NCBI GenBank assembly: GCA_964016885.1 | Contig: OZ024744.1 | Span: 66,030,001-66,094,000, forward strand | Direction of reading: 5' to 3' | Origin: Eledone cirrhosa | Taxonomy: Eukaryota | Length of the DNA: 64,000 bases | Part shown: in pieces, positions 29,346 to 43,649 of the stretch | Layout: every line of letters starts with the position of its first letter | How positions within the stretch are numbered: the stretch's first letter is position 1 | Notes under the pieces: generated by a model | Databases searched by the model: none | What the model was told of the DNA's origin: nothing | The model's input: the letters and a program-made list of their open reading frames with translations, nothing else | Position numbers and translations under genes: made by a program

Positions 29346-29708
29346 CTAGTAGTAGTAGTAGTAGTAGTAAGTAGTTGTAGTACTAATAGTAGCAATAGTA
29401 GCAGTAGAGATAGTAGTAGTGGTAGTAGTAGCAGCAGCAGCAGTAGTAGTAGTAGTAGTAGCAGCAGTAGCAGCAGTAGCATAGCAGTAGTAGCAGCAGC
29501 AGCAGCAGTAGCAGTAGTAGCAGTAGTAGTAGTAGTAGTAGCAGCAGCAGCAGCAGTAGCAGCAGCAGTAGTAGCAGCAGCAGCAGTAGCAGTAGTAATA
29601 GCAGCAGCAGCAGTAGTAGTAGTAGTAGTAGCAGCAGCAGCAGTAGCAGCAGCAGTAGCAGCAGCAGCAGTAGTAGTAGTAGTAGTAGTAGCAGCAGCAG
29701 CAGCAGCA
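29346..29708. repeat. (TAG/CAG)n microsatellite
   Basis: Visible directly. Confidence 0.95.
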
Positions 29709-30028
29709 TGTCTGTGTCAAAAGGTTTCTCCTTGTTGGTCTTCTGAAATCCCACAAAAGACCAGAGAACTTGTGTCTGGCACTGACTTTCAGTAGTAACA
29801 AAGTAAGAATGTGGAATTTGTTTGCATTAATAAGGCGGTGACACGTACGCCACGTCCATTTACACATGGTATACATATGTCTGTATGAATGTCTATGTGT
29901 GTATGTGTATATATGTATGTATACACAGACAGACACACATATTATATACAGGGTGTCCCCCAAATATGTATACACCCTTTTATTATAATTCTGTTGAAGT
30001 GTATATACATTTTTTTGTGTGTATATAT

Positions 30029-30080
<52 letters not shown>

Positions 30081-30169
30081 GGAATAGGTTCAGGACCACC
30101 CCGACGGCAGAGCTCAAGCCGTTTCGACGGCTATTTCGGGACGCATATACATACATATAAAATATATAT

Positions 30170-30219
<50 letters not shown>

Positions 30220-30407
30220 CATAAAGACACACACACACATATATATATATATAAGCATAATACACTAAAACCCATGAGCAGTTTTGTACTTTCACCGCCC
30301 ACCATATGCAGCACATATAATTAATTATGCCTGTGTATCAATTCAAATACAGCCACATACAGACACCAACACACATACATACACACACACACACACACAC
30401 GCATACT

Positions 30408-30445
<38 letters not shown>

Positions 30446-30868
30446 TGTATATATATGTCTGTATGAATGTTTATATGTGTATGTGTATATATGTATGTAT
30501 ACACAGACAGATAGACACGCACACACATATTATATACACGGTGTCCCCCAAATATGTATACACCCTTTTATTATAATGCTGTTGTATTTTCGTGGTATTA
30601 TTCTATGTACTATACATGCACCTTTGACGAGTTGTAGTGCACCTGAGTACTGTACACAATAATTTCATTATTATTTTATTATCACTGCTTTCACTCATTA
30701 GATTACGACCATGCTGGGGCACCGCTGAGAAGGGATTTAGTCGATAATATTGACACCAGGACTTATTTTTTATTTCATTGATCCTATATATTTGTCGAAC
30801 TTCCAACCAACGCAATAAAACAACACAATGAAACAAACAACACCGATTGTTAATCTATGTCAACGTAA

Positions 30869-30915
<47 letters not shown>

Positions 30916-31450
30916 CACACACACACAAATATATATATATATATATATATTTATGAATTAAAAGTGTCAAAGGCGCTGTGTGGTTACTAGGTTACTAATA
31001 AATATTGTTTAGAAAACGTAAGAGAAGCACAAACATAAGGACAATTCCCGTTCTTCGGCTATCTGTTGTGGGTCTCTGATGTTTTGATGCATTAAAAACA
31101 GTACATCTTACCATGGTGCGTTAATAACTACGAGGAATAGTTATTAGCCCCCCCCCCCCCCCCCCCCCCACACACACACAGAGACGATAGCGAAGAGAAC
31201 AACAGAAAATGAAAATAAACAGAAAAAAAAACAGAAGAAAAGCAATCCGATAGAGAGGGGGAAACACGAAACAGTAGTACATGTAAGAGAGGGAGAAGTT
31301 AAAAAGGAGACCGAGCGTAAGCCCTGAATCCGTATTAACAGCACGAGAGAGAGGGAGAGAGTGAGAAGAGAAAAACGTCTGATCTTAGCGAGAACAGGCA
31401 CAATGAGGGAGAGACGAAAGAAACCGAAAGTGTGAGGGGAGGAGGAAGTG

Positions 31451-31496
<46 letters not shown>

Positions 31497-31786
31497 AGAA
31501 AGGAGATAGAAGAGAAAGAGAATAAGTGAGAGGGAGAGGGAATAAGTGAATGGGAGAGAGAGAGAGAGGGGGAATAAGTGAGTGGGAGAGAAAGAAAGAG
31601 GGAGAAAGGAGGAAGGAAAATAGTTAATCCAAAATGGTGGGACTTAAGTCCAAAACCAGAATTAACAACAACAAGCGAGATAGGAAGATAGAACGGCACA
31701 GCAATAAATTAATATGAATTAAAAGTGACAAAGATACTGTGTGGTTACTAATAAATTTTGTTTAGAAAACGTAAGAGAAATATATA

Positions 31787-31888
31787 CAGGGTATCCCAAG
31801 AAAATGTATACACACTTTCATTACCTGTACAGGCAATATTTGTTAGATTGCTGTTGAAAGTGTGTATACATACTTTTGGGACACCTTG
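31787..31888. mobile_element. Short Tc1/mariner-like MITE
   Basis: cagggtatcccaagaaaatgtatacacactttc / gaaagtgtgtatacatacttttgggacaccttg; half copies at ~29949 and ~30538. Confidence 0.65.
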
Positions 31889-31904
31889 TGTGTGTATATA
31901 TATA

Positions 31905-31938
<34 letters not shown>

Positions 31939-31989
31939 GTGAATAGATAACAAGGAGGATTGGTTACTCCTTCATTACATTTATTGGTT

Positions 31990-32075
31990 GGTGACGCGCG
32001 TTTCGCCACTGATCAGCTCAAGGTTCGATCTGTATTGGTCTTACCCGACTCTGTAATCTGCGGCTCGTCAGAGCC
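31990..32075 (-). ncRNA. Hammerhead motif with a 50-nt stem II loop
   Basis: CTGACGA-gccgc-(50 nt)-gtggc-GAAA-cgcgcg-TC-acc; palindromic stem III. Confidence 0.6.
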
Positions 32076-32599
32076 GTTGTAACGCTAGTAGAAAATGAAT
32101 ACAAGCTATGTATTCATAAGGGGTCCGACGAGCCGCAGATTACAGAGTCGGGTAAGATCGATACAGATAAAACCTTGAGCTGATCAGTGGCTAAACGCGC
32201 GTCACCAACCAATAAATGTAATGTAGAAGTAACCAATCGTCCTTGTTATCTTATTTCACTATAATACACTCTGTATAGCTCTACACCTCGACACTGAAGT
32301 GAACCTAAACATTGAGTGCTCACCCCTGGTGAACCTACAGTAACTCCAAGAAGTTACACTCCTTGGATATATATATGAGAGAGAGAGGGGGCCTGCAATA
32401 GGCGTCTGCACAGTTTCCGCCTACCAAAATTTCAACCATGAAGCATTGATAGGGTAGAAGTTTAGCAAACAGTTGCCAAAGATGTCATGCACTGGAACTG
32501 AACTCGAAACCACGTGAGCATTTTTAGCCAGACTGCCATACCTTTGCCTGTTTACACACACACACACACACATATATATACACACACACAAACATATAT

Positions 32600-32650
<51 letters not shown>

Positions 32651-32776
32651 CATATATACGTACATACACATAAATAACGCACTTACATACATATATTATG
32701 CACACATGCATGCACATACATACACACATACTACACAGATATACATACATATGCATGTATAAATACATACACATAG

Positions 32777-32825
<49 letters not shown>

Positions 32826-32843
32826 CTTACATTACATAATATA

Positions 32844-32879
<36 letters not shown>

Positions 32880-33872
32880 TGTATGTATGTATGTATATGT
32901 ATGAATACACACACATATATCTATATACATACATACATACACACATCATCCACACATACGTACATACATACATACATACGTACATACATACGTACATACA
33001 TACATACATACATATATACACATATCATCCACACATACATACATATACATGTACATATATATCTTTTCATATTAATCTATAATACATATATGTGCACAGA
33101 AACACAAACAAACACACAAACACAAACACACACATATTTATATATATATACAGACATATATACCCACACTGTCAGACACACACAAACACTGATTCATACA
33201 CACACACAAGCACACACATACATTAGTTATATTACCTTAATTGCTCAAACCCTATTCACAAACAGCTCTTAAATCTATTAAACAACTTAACAAATCTTAA
33301 CACATAGAAAGCCTCTTCCTCTCCCGTCACTCACCCCCCTCTCTCTCTCTCTTTCACACTCTCGGTCTGTTTTTCACTCTCTCACACTCCCTCTCTGTCT
33401 CATTTTGTTTCTTTCTCTCTGTCTGTCTTTCACTCTCTCTCACACATTCCCATTCTTTTTTTCACAATCTCTCTCTCCCTCTCTCTCTCTCTCGGTCTGT
33501 CTTTCTCACTCTTGCTCTCTCTTTTACTCTCTCTCTCGGTCTTTCTCTCACTTTCTCCTTCTCTCTTTGTCTTTCACACTACCCCACCTCTCTCTCTTTC
33601 TTACTCTCTCTCGATCTGTCTTTCACTCACTCTCTCTCCGTCTGTATTTCACTCTCTCACTGTGGTTTTTTTGTTTGTTTGTTTGTTTTTTTTCTTTGAT
33701 AAATTACTGTTTCTTCCCCAGAATTCCAGCTGAATTACAATATCGCAGTTAACTGCTCCACCGCGATATTACTTCAAACAATAAACGTCTTAGTGCTTAA
33801 ACATAATAACATTCACTGACTGACCAGGTGGTGTGGTGGTGTTCAGTAAGAACACACATTCACACACACACT

Positions 33873-33942
<70 letters not shown>

Positions 33943-34547
33943 CACAATCGCACTCACATACACACACATATACACAAATACACATACACATAATCACACA
34001 CACACTAGCACAATCACAGACACACACAATCATGCACATTCACTAACGCTCACATACATACACACACACACACACTCACACACACACATGCACACGCACA
34101 CCAACACTTTCTCTCTTTTTCTTTTACTCTCTCTCACATACAAACAAACTCTTTCTTACATTCTATCTCACACACAACCACTCTCTCACACATACTTTCT
34201 CTCTATCTCTCTATCTGTCTGTCTGTCTCTATCTCTATCTCACACATATAGAGAAAGTACTCACAGAAACACACACACAAATACGCATACAAAAAACACG
34301 CAAATTCACAAACACACATACTCTCAGATACACACGTACTCTCAGACACACACATAAACTCACTCGCACACAAACATATCTACACACAAACACACACACA
34401 TACACACACACGTGTATATTTCTCAAGCTCAGTTACTATAATGCACCAATAAATTATTTTATATTGCAGTTCATTTCAGTAAATTTAGAAATGTTGCATC
34501 TATAGAAAAAAAATAATATATATATATATAATTTTTATTTTAATATA

Positions 34548-34736
34548 GTTGTTTCTACTTTTGGCACAAGGCCAGCAATTATTCCAGTGTATTACTGGTA
34601 CTTTATTTTATCGACCCAGTAAGGATGAAAGGCAAAGTTAACCTCGGCGGGATTTGAACTCAGACCGTAAAGGGACGTAACTATGCAGGAAAGCATGGCG
34701 TCCGACCCTCTACCGATACTGCCAATCTACTGCCCC
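34548..34736 (-). mobile_element. SINE family A
   Basis: Same consensus. Confidence 0.85.
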
Positions 34737-35024
34737 TTTATTTTAATATAGTGACACTTCGTCGGTTACGACGGCGAGTATTGCAGTTGATACAATAAAC
34801 GAAAGATCTTGCTCGTGAACTTAACGTACAAGTGGCTGAGTATTCCACAGACACACGTACTATTAACTCAATTGTCAGGGAGATTCAGCGTGATACAGAA
34901 TGTGACAAGGCTGTCCCTTCGAATTTTTGTCATCGGAGTGAACTGGAGCAGCGTGAAATAAAGTGTCTTGCTCAAGAACACAACGCACGGATCATGAACT
35001 GAATACCCTAACCACAAATCTCTT

Positions 35025-35060
<36 letters not shown>

Positions 35061-35343
35061 ATATAGAAATGGCTTCTACAAGACTAGAACTGTTTCATTC
35101 GAAGGAAATAGTTCTAGTCCTGTAAAAGCCATTTCTATATTAAATATTTATACTCTGTTATGTATTGAGTACTTTACTTACTGTGGTTACCCCCGATTGA
35201 ACCCGGGATACACACACACACACACACACACACGCGCACGCGCGCACATATAAATATGAACCTAAGCAGTTCAATCATCTCTAAACGAAATTATCTAATC
35301 ACTGAAGGTACATAATAACAACACACACACACTCGCGCGCGCG

Positions 35344-35441
<98 letters not shown>

Positions 35442-35589
35442 CACACACATGGAAAAGGGATGCAAAATGATGAATGTATATAGACAGTTAACCACTGTGT
35501 CTTTGAAAATATAGTGAAACGATTTAAAGAAACTTTATTTGAAAACTAGCATTATCTAATGTTTGAAAACAGAGTGAAGTGATTTAAAG

Positions 35590-35903
35590 CAGGGGTTCTC
35601 AACCTTTTTTTCACCGTGGACCACCAAAATAAGTAATTTTTTCCTGTGGACCACCTAAACTTTTAAATCTTTTGTAATAGAACTGCTACTTATAAGCATC
35701 AGTAGATTTTTTTTTTCAATGAATTAGAAAATGCTATTATCATGTCGCAGTGCCTAAAAATCTACGCAAATAAACAGCTGAAGTACTTATGTGAAGAATA
35801 AGAACAGCGCTTTAAGTCAAATGCATGGATCAAAAAAGAATCTGCTATTGAAAATTTCCTGTGGACCACTAGTGGTCCACATGGACCAGGTTGAGAACCC
35901 CTG
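35590..35903. mobile_element. hAT (Charlie-type) MITE
   Basis: 16-bp TIR caggggttctcaacct/aggttgagaacccctg and a perfect 8-bp TSD ATTTAAAG. Confidence 0.9.
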
Positions 35904-36170
35904 ATTTAAAGAAACGTTGTTTCAATACGTGGAGAGCTAGCTGACAACGGACAACGCGACCAGCTCAACTGAATGTCAACCTTAATATTGCCCTTCAACC
36001 AAGTGCTAAGCTCACTCGGAGGGAGTGGGTTTGCCAATGCTGATTCAATACGGCCATAGATCATTAGGGACTGCGGCCATCATAAACTTGCCAGCGTGGT
36101 TTACCATAATAGACTGCAGAACACATACTGAGCGATGATATATATATAATCGGATAAAGATCCCATAACT

Positions 36171-36340
36171 CCTTGTGGAGTCGTAGAGGCACTGTCATGC
36201 AGTGTGTCTAGGGCACATTTAATCCTGGTGGAGTCGTAGAGGTACCATCATACGGTGCATCTAGGGCACATTTAATCCTGGTGGAGTCGTAGAGGCACCA
36301 TCATGCGGTGCATCTAGGGCACATTTAATCCTGGTGGAGC
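36171..36340. repeat. 53-bp tandem repeat, ~3.2 copies
   Basis: Units start at 36171, 36224, 36277, 36330. Confidence 0.9.
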
Positions 36341-36682
36341 CCAACCTTCTCTAAGTTTGAACATAGCCGATGATTTTTTTTCTATAAAGGAAGAATCGAC
36401 CCCAGTTCTGAGTCGACCTCGAAAGGAGGTCACAAACGTAAACACATCATACACACACATACGGTGCATGATTTAGCAGCACAGAATAGTTGTGGATAAA
36501 TCGGCAACACCCTTGGGGTGAACCCCCCCCCCCCCACAAACGTGGATAATCGCATCTAGGATTCGAACGCGTATCTGCTTATACACCAAAAACCTGTGTT
36601 ACCGTTACACCATAGCAACTAACCACTAATTATAATTAGAATTACAATGTTTATATAACAACAACAAAAACAATAATAATAA

Positions 36683-37068
36683 TAATTGTTTCTACGTTTG
36701 GCACAAGGCCAGCAATTATCCCAGTGTATGCTGGTACTTTATTTTATCGACCCGACCCCGTAAGGATGAAAGCCAAAGTTAACCTCGGCGCGATTTGAAC
36801 TCAGATTGGAAAGGGCCGTAACACTATGCGTCAACGCATGGCGTCCGACCCTCTACCGATACTGCCAATCCATAATAATAATGTTTCTACTTTAGACACA
36901 AGGCCAGCAATTACCCCAGTGTATTACTGGTACTTTATTTTATCGACCCCGTAAGGATGAAAGGCAAAATTAACCTCGGCGGGATTTGAACTCAGACCGT
37001 AAAGGGACGTAACTATGCTGGAAAGTATGGCGTCCAACCCTCTACTGATACTGCCACTTCACCGCCCT
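36683..37068 (-). mobile_element. Two tandem SINE family A copies
   Basis: 36683-36872 and 36880-37068. Confidence 0.85.
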
Positions 37069-37269
37069 AAATAATGGGAAAATGAGTAATATTACTAAAT
37101 CCTATCCACGCTGCAAAGCCGGTGCTCTACTAATATTAAGAAGGAGGAGGGGGTAAGGGGGGATAGCAGAAAGGGTGAGGATGTGGTACAAGAAGAAGAA
37201 GGCAAAGAAGAAGAAGAAGAAGAAGAAGAAGAAGAAGAAGAAGAAGAAGAAGAAGACAAAGAAGAAGAA

Positions 37270-37560
37270 GGTGAATGCTAGATAATTGATATTGAATGTC
37301 CCTTGGATTTTAGAATCAAGGAAAAAGAAACTGAAAAGGGTAGAAAGATATGATGACTTGAATTATGAGATTTTGTAGATATGGAAATGTATGGAAGTTT
37401 ATGTAATACCATTAATAATTGAGGGTTTAGTTTGGAGACAGTGCATAAAACCTTGATGGAATGGTTGGAAAGTATTCATATAAAAGAAGAATTTATCATC
37501 TTTCAGAAAGCTTATTTGTTGGGAACAGGGAGAATCCTGAAGTATTTGCTGAAAAGCTGA
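37270..37560 (+). mobile_element. Degenerate R4/Dong-like endonuclease fragment
   Basis: IIDIECPLDFRIKEKE...VIPLII...QKAYLLGTGRILK, directly after (GAA)n. Confidence 0.55.
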
Positions 37561-37937
37561 GATCAAGGGATTTGGCTTGGTGCTCAAATAGCAAAACTAA
37601 TAGAAACATAGAAATACAGAGAAAACTCCAAATCTATATTTTAAAAGAAAAGTTGTTTTCCCGTCTGTCTGTCCGCCACACAAATATGTAGGAGTGAAAA
37701 TGGGAGGCTACCCCTTTTTTTTAAGTTGAGAGGAGAAAGAAGATAATTCATATCATGCTTATAGTTTATTGCAAGGGTGAGAGGGTAATAAAGTAGAGAT
37801 CTATAGGTGGGGATGGCGGCGGTGAAGAGCCTGTGGGAATGGGAGCAACTAGTAATTGTGAACTAAGATAAATAAATAAAAGTTATTTTGAAATTTCAAT
37901 CTCCCACGCACTTTATAAACTTTCTAATTTTACAACA

Positions 37938-38090
37938 AGCAGTCTTGGGCAAACTGGGGGCCGTTTGACTTTCTAAATGGCACGCCTAATTTCAAAATAA
38001 CCTTGAGATATTTAGTAGTGCGACGCACCTTATGATGAGCCGTGTCCTGTGTGGCATACTGTTAAAAAAAAAGGTTGGCCATGCCTGCTT
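37938..38090. mobile_element. hAT-like MITE; related copy at ~1650-1770
   Basis: Shared gcagtc.tg.g.aaactg.ggcc...cacgcctaatttcaaaat start and ggcc(c)atgc end. Confidence 0.5.
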
Positions 38091-38120
38091 TACACGCTAG
38101 CCTGTAAAATAACAGCGTTA

Positions 38121-38315
38121 ATAATTGTTTCTACATTTGGAACAAGGCCAGCAATTACTCCAGTACATTACTGGTACTTTATTTTATCGACCCCGTAAGG
38201 ATGAAAGGCAATGTTAACTTCGTCAGGATTTGAACTCAGACCATAAAAGGACATAACTCTATGCTGCAAAGCATGGCGTCCGACTCTCTACCCGATACTG
38301 CCAATTAACCGCCCT
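38121..38315 (-). mobile_element. SINE family A
   Basis: Same consensus. Confidence 0.8.
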
Positions 38316-38639
38316 TAACATCGTTAATAATAGGTGGAAATTAGTGGTTGGGTGCTCTGGTAAAACAATTTTTCAACATAGAGCTAGATGTCGGTTGGAA
38401 TCCCACGAGCGAAAATCCACTTTTTTTTTTTGCTTCAAATGAGGGGGGGGGGGGGGTATATTCTTGATTTATTCACAATTATTTAATAGTTATAATTCAT
38501 GCGTCGCGATTTCTTTGCTCCATACCAAAAACAAAACAAAACAAAAAGTAACAAAATAAAAAACGAAACAAAACAAATTTACTTTAAAATATATATGCAA
38601 ATATATTTATGTGTGTGTATGTGTAATCCTTTAAGGCCC

Positions 38640-39610
38640 CACTCGGTCACGAATGGCCATGGTTTTGTACCTAGAAAGTTCTCCTCCGAGGCACAAGCCT
38701 GGGCAAGGTTTGTTTTGTGGAAGATCAGCAGTCACCCATGCTTACCAGTCTCCCCTCTCCACGCCATCGATGATGTCCAAGGGAAAGGTAATGGCCGATA
38801 CAGCTTGGGACCAGTGATGTCGTAACTAATATATACATTATATATACAGTACATATACACTATGTATATACTATATACTATATATAATATATATACAGCC
38901 TATATAATGTTGTCCAAGGGAAAGACGATGGCCGATACAGCTTGGTACCAGTGATGTCGTAACTAATATATACATTATATACACAGTACATATACACTAT
39001 GTATATACTATATACTACATATAATATATAATATATAAACACCCTATATAATGTTTTCCAAGAGAAAGGTAATAGCCGATACAGCTTGGTACCAGTGACG
39101 TCGCAACTCATTTCTACAGCTGAGTAAACTGGAGCAACGTGAAATAAAGTGACTTGCTCAAGGACACAACGCACCACCCAGTCCGAGAATTGAACTCACA
39201 ACCTCTCAATTGCAAGCCCAATGCTCTAACCACTAAGCCATGCGCTTTCACCGTATATCTGTGTGAGAAAGAGAGGGTTTCTAATTAGCGCGTGGCCTAA
39301 GTGGTTAAGTTGCTGGGTTCAAGGGCGTAACGTTGGAAGTTCAATTTCCAGATCGTGCGGCACATTGTGTCCTTGAGCAACACACTATATTTCTAGGTGC
39401 TCCAGTTCATTCAGCTGAGAAAACGTGTGTTGTATCTATAATACAAAAGGACCAGCCTTGTCACACATAGTATCATACTGAATCTTCCTGAGAATTGAGT
39501 TAAGGGCACATGTGTTTATGGAATGTACAACCACTTGCATGTTAATTTTAAGAGCAGGCTGTTCTATTAATCGAACAACAAGAAAGCTCCTCGTCGTAAC
39601 CGACGGAAAT
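38640..39610. mobile_element. Head-to-head SINE family B copies; the left has ~135-140-bp tail duplications
   Basis: 38640-39250 (-) and 39288-39610 (+) share tgtgtccttgagcaa...gctccagt. Other copies at ~7060-7310 (+) and ~34750-35015 (-). Confidence 0.7.
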
Positions 39611-39875
39611 CCAACGCACACTGCTGGAGAATACTTTCCGTCAATATACACCTCGATTAAATGATTAGATGTATTTTGAAAGGCTCATGCATGTGTGTAC
39701 TCCATATACACGCACACGTAAATGTGTGCGTGTATGTGTATACATATATACGTCTTTACCCGTGTTTGTTTATCTTCGTATGTATGTGTGTGTGTGTGTA
39801 GATATAGATATATATCCACACACACACAAACACATACACTCTCACATTTGTGAGCGTACGTGTATGCATATATGT

Positions 39876-39942
<67 letters not shown>

Positions 39943-40565
39943 TATATATATATACATATACACACACACAAAGACATATGTGTGTGAGGACGTACTTTCA
40001 GTTCTTGTAGATACAGCACCTGCTCACTGTTCTATTTTTATCGCTAACCCTGTGCCCTCTTCACTGCCCCTCTTCACTATTTCATTTCCTGCCCGCCTCC
40101 CTTTTTTTTGTACCCACCATTCCTACCATTCCTATCATTCCAGTTCCCTTCAACTTAACAAACTCTTTAAATGTATTTCCCCAACCCGATTCGAATATAT
40201 ATTAAGCCGTTGTTCTGACCACTACAGCCAGCCAATTCGCTCTCCTTTCCTTTCAATGGTTGTATTTGTCATCGTGTTTGTGTCCCTCTCTTCCCGCCCT
40301 CATTTCCGTGACCAGCTATCTTTTCTTTTTCCTCCTTCCCTTCCACCCCCTCCCCCACATCTTTGCGTCCACTTTCCCCTTCATTTTGCTTCCACTCACA
40401 TATTATTATTCCCTCACCACACGAGCCTCCACCCACACAACAACTCACACCTCAGCATTCATGTTGGTCATCTCACACTCTTAACACCTCACCATCGACA
40501 CCGTCTCTCCATTTCTTTCTTTTATTCGCGATTTAGTGTCCAAGAACTGGCCGTTATTGTTTCTC

Positions 40566-40599
40566 TTTCTGATGAAAGACTGGTGTCGGAAACGTTAGA
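40566..40599 (+). ncRNA. Minimal hammerhead motif at the end of a PLE-like 3' remnant (~40000-40640)
   Basis: ttt-CTGATGA-aa-gac-tggt-gtc-g-GAAA-cg-TT-aga. Confidence 0.45.
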
Positions 40600-41193
40600 C
40601 TTTTCTTAGGATAAAACATACTCCACTGTTTGAACTATTTGTTATACATCAATAGTCTAACCCCCAGAGCCTGTCTCCACAAACTATAAGACTTTTTTTT
40701 TTTTTTTTACAAAAGGCCAAGAAATTTGATTTCCCCTGAAACATTACATTTTCCCTATGTTGGATTAAAACATAAAAACAAACTAAGAAAAAAAAAAACT
40801 GAAGTCAGTGTTCCAACGTAGTCTGGGCCGCATTATCGAATGAAAGAACGTGTGTTTGTGTATGCACGCGCGCGTGCGTGTGTGTGTGTGTTGCAGCCAC
40901 TGCGTTGGTTGTCCGGTGTTAAGTTAAACTGTTAATGCACACGCACGCACACACACACACACATACATACATACACACACACACATATATATATATATGT
41001 ATGTGTATGTAAAAGGTAAACAGAAATAACAGCAAACACAATCGGTAAAGTATATATATATATATGTGTGTGTATGTGTGTGTGTGTGTGTAAAAGGTAA
41101 ACAGAAATAAAAGGTAAACAGAAATAACAACACAATCAGTACAGTATACGGAAGGAATATATTAGGTTAACACTTGAAATAACAGGAAGAGGG

Positions 41194-41229
41194 TCTTAAC
41201 GTTTCGAACGCTAGTCCTTCATCAGAAGA
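41194..41229 (-). ncRNA. Minimal hammerhead motif
   Basis: tctt-CTGATGA-a-ggac-tagc-gttc-GAAA-cg-TT-aaga. Confidence 0.65.
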
Positions 41230-41979
41230 AAGAATGAGAAATTAGAAAGATTGTATATGTATATATATATATATACAGATACATATATACAAATTCACAA
41301 TGATCTCTCATGTCGAAGTTGACACATACATGCTCAGTATACTCGCGTGGTACTCTTCTTTAGTCGATGTTAAATATGAAGTATTACATTAGGTATTTCA
41401 ACAGAGAAGCAATACGGGAGATCAGGGTGGAACATGGTAAAGGAATACTATTAACTCTTTTGATAACAAAGTCTGAAACCGCCTCTACTTCTATGATAAA
41501 AAAAAATTCACTGTTTTTGCCGGCCTACTGGACGCACCCCCTCCTCCTCCAAAAAAAAAAACAAAAAAAAACATACGCCCGTATCACCGGTGGGAAGCTG
41601 AACGGAAGGTGAGGACAATCATAGTTTAAAAAAATTTGTTTGTATTACTAGTAGTATTAATAATTGTTTCTACTTTTGGCACAAGGCCAGCAATTACTCA
41701 GTGTATTACTGGTACTAGTAGTATTAATAATACAGTAAATACAATTCAATTTATATAAGGAACTTATATTAGAGTTTCTGAGAAACTGAAATAATTTAAA
41801 ATAAATTTATGAAGAACTGTACTAAAATTGTTTTCTCAAAATGTCCTTGTAAAACCCGGGGCCGTCTTATACAAAGGGGCATCTACGGTAGTTATAAATT
41901 GTTTATATTTATCTAAAATCATCCCAGCATAATTTTAGTTAAAAAAAAATCTTTAAGTTACGTCCCAAACACCAACTTA

Positions 41980-42341
41980 ATAATTGTTTCTACATTTGGC
42001 ACAAGGCCAGCAAGTTGAAGGAAATCGACCCCAGTGCTTTACTGGTACTTTATTTTATCGACCCCGTAAGGATGAAAGGCAAAGCGAACCTCGACAGGAT
42101 TTGAACTCAGAACGTAAAGAGACGTAACTCTATGCTGCAAAAAACCGTCGAAGACGCTTCTTTTTTCCTAAAATAAGTCTCAAAAATCTACCATGCGTCC
42201 TGGAGGCCGAAGGTTGTACATTATTTTTTTTCAAATTTTTGGTTGTCAAAATTTGGGTGCGTCCTCGAGGATGAAGCATCTTCGGCGCCGGGAAATACGG
42301 TATGTTGTTCAACACTCTAATTGTACTACCAATCCACCAAC
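41980..42341 (-). mobile_element. SINE family A interrupted by a MITE
   Basis: SINE body 41980-42140, MITE 42145-42302, SINE head resumes to ~42341. Confidence 0.75.
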
Positions 42342-43031
42342 CTAAACACCAACTTAATAATGAGAAAATTAGTTATATTACTAAATCCTTCCAAATTATT
42401 GATTATCAAAGAAAAAGAAAATGAAAATAATAGGCAATGTTTTTCATTAGAAATATGGCAGCAAAAAGATTTAATGTGGTGAAAAAGGTGGGGGAAGAGA
42501 AATGCACAAGAGACGCTTTAGAGGGATTGTGGAAGACGTTCAGTTGGTATCGGATGTCTTCAATGTGTTGACAAACCCGGCAGTAGGAAGAAATTATAAT
42601 CGCTCATTCTTCTTACACACCCAACAACACAAAGTATGATCTGTAAGCTAACGAGAGACCTTCTTTAATCCTTTAACATTTACATTACTTTATATATACT
42701 ATTGTATTTTCACAGTAAAGGTTTTACCTCACATGATTATCTCACATAATATCCAGTCTATGAGATATCAGTATTATTTATTTTGAGAACAATACCTTAA
42801 AATCAATATGAGTGGGCAGTTACGGCCGGTTACAGCCGTTTTGAACAGAAGAAAGAAGTGAGAGAATTCTGGGCGGATATGGACCCGGTTTAAATACTAA
42901 AGGGTTAAGTTGCCATTCGCCTTTGTTAGAAATGACTGTCAAATCTCGCTTGAGACTCAGTCACACTCCACTGCTTTAACGGATGGCGGAAGAACACATT
43001 GGATAATTTAAGTAGTTCATACACCTACAAA

Positions 43032-43066
<35 letters not shown>

Positions 43067-43187
43067 AAGATGGCCAAGATGGAATACTGCGCGCGCCACT
43101 TTCAGTGGGTGACTTCTACGATAATATCGAGTTAACCAATACTTTAATGGTGAAATCTAGTAGACGGAAACGGCGTGCAAGACTGTC

Positions 43188-43253
<66 letters not shown>

Positions 43254-43383
43254 CATTATTCAAAATATTAACAAATGAAAAATATTCTCGGTTTTGATTA
43301 TTCAATTCCAGTATTGGCAATATTGCCAATACTGGAGTTGAATAATCAAAACCGTAGCGGTATGTCACATATCAAATCATATA

Positions 43384-43445
43384 TTTTGTCTGATGAGGAC
43401 GTACTAAAAAAACAACACAGTACCTTTGAAATATATATAATAAAG
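43384..43445 (+). ncRNA. Hammerhead motif
   Basis: ttttgt-CTGATGA-ggacgtact...agtaccttt-GAAA-tatata-TA-ataaag. Confidence 0.55.
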
Positions 43446-43508
43446 CATATATTTTGATTATGAGAATATTTTTCATTTGTTAATTTTTTGAATAATATAT
43501 ATATATAT

Positions 43509-43564
<56 letters not shown>

Positions 43565-43590
43565 CATGTGTGTGTGTGTATATATGTGTG

Positions 43591-43623
<33 letters not shown>

Positions 43624-43649
43624 GCACACACAGATATGTATGGATATCG

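Noticed and set aside
29709-29870. Unique island between microsatellites as a possible exon
   Set aside because: No recognisable KIF26 or other protein motif and no convincing splice pair.
36540-36618. tRNA-like sequence on the minus strand
   Set aside because: A and B box-like motifs only; acceptor and anticodon stems do not pair, so at most a decayed SINE head.
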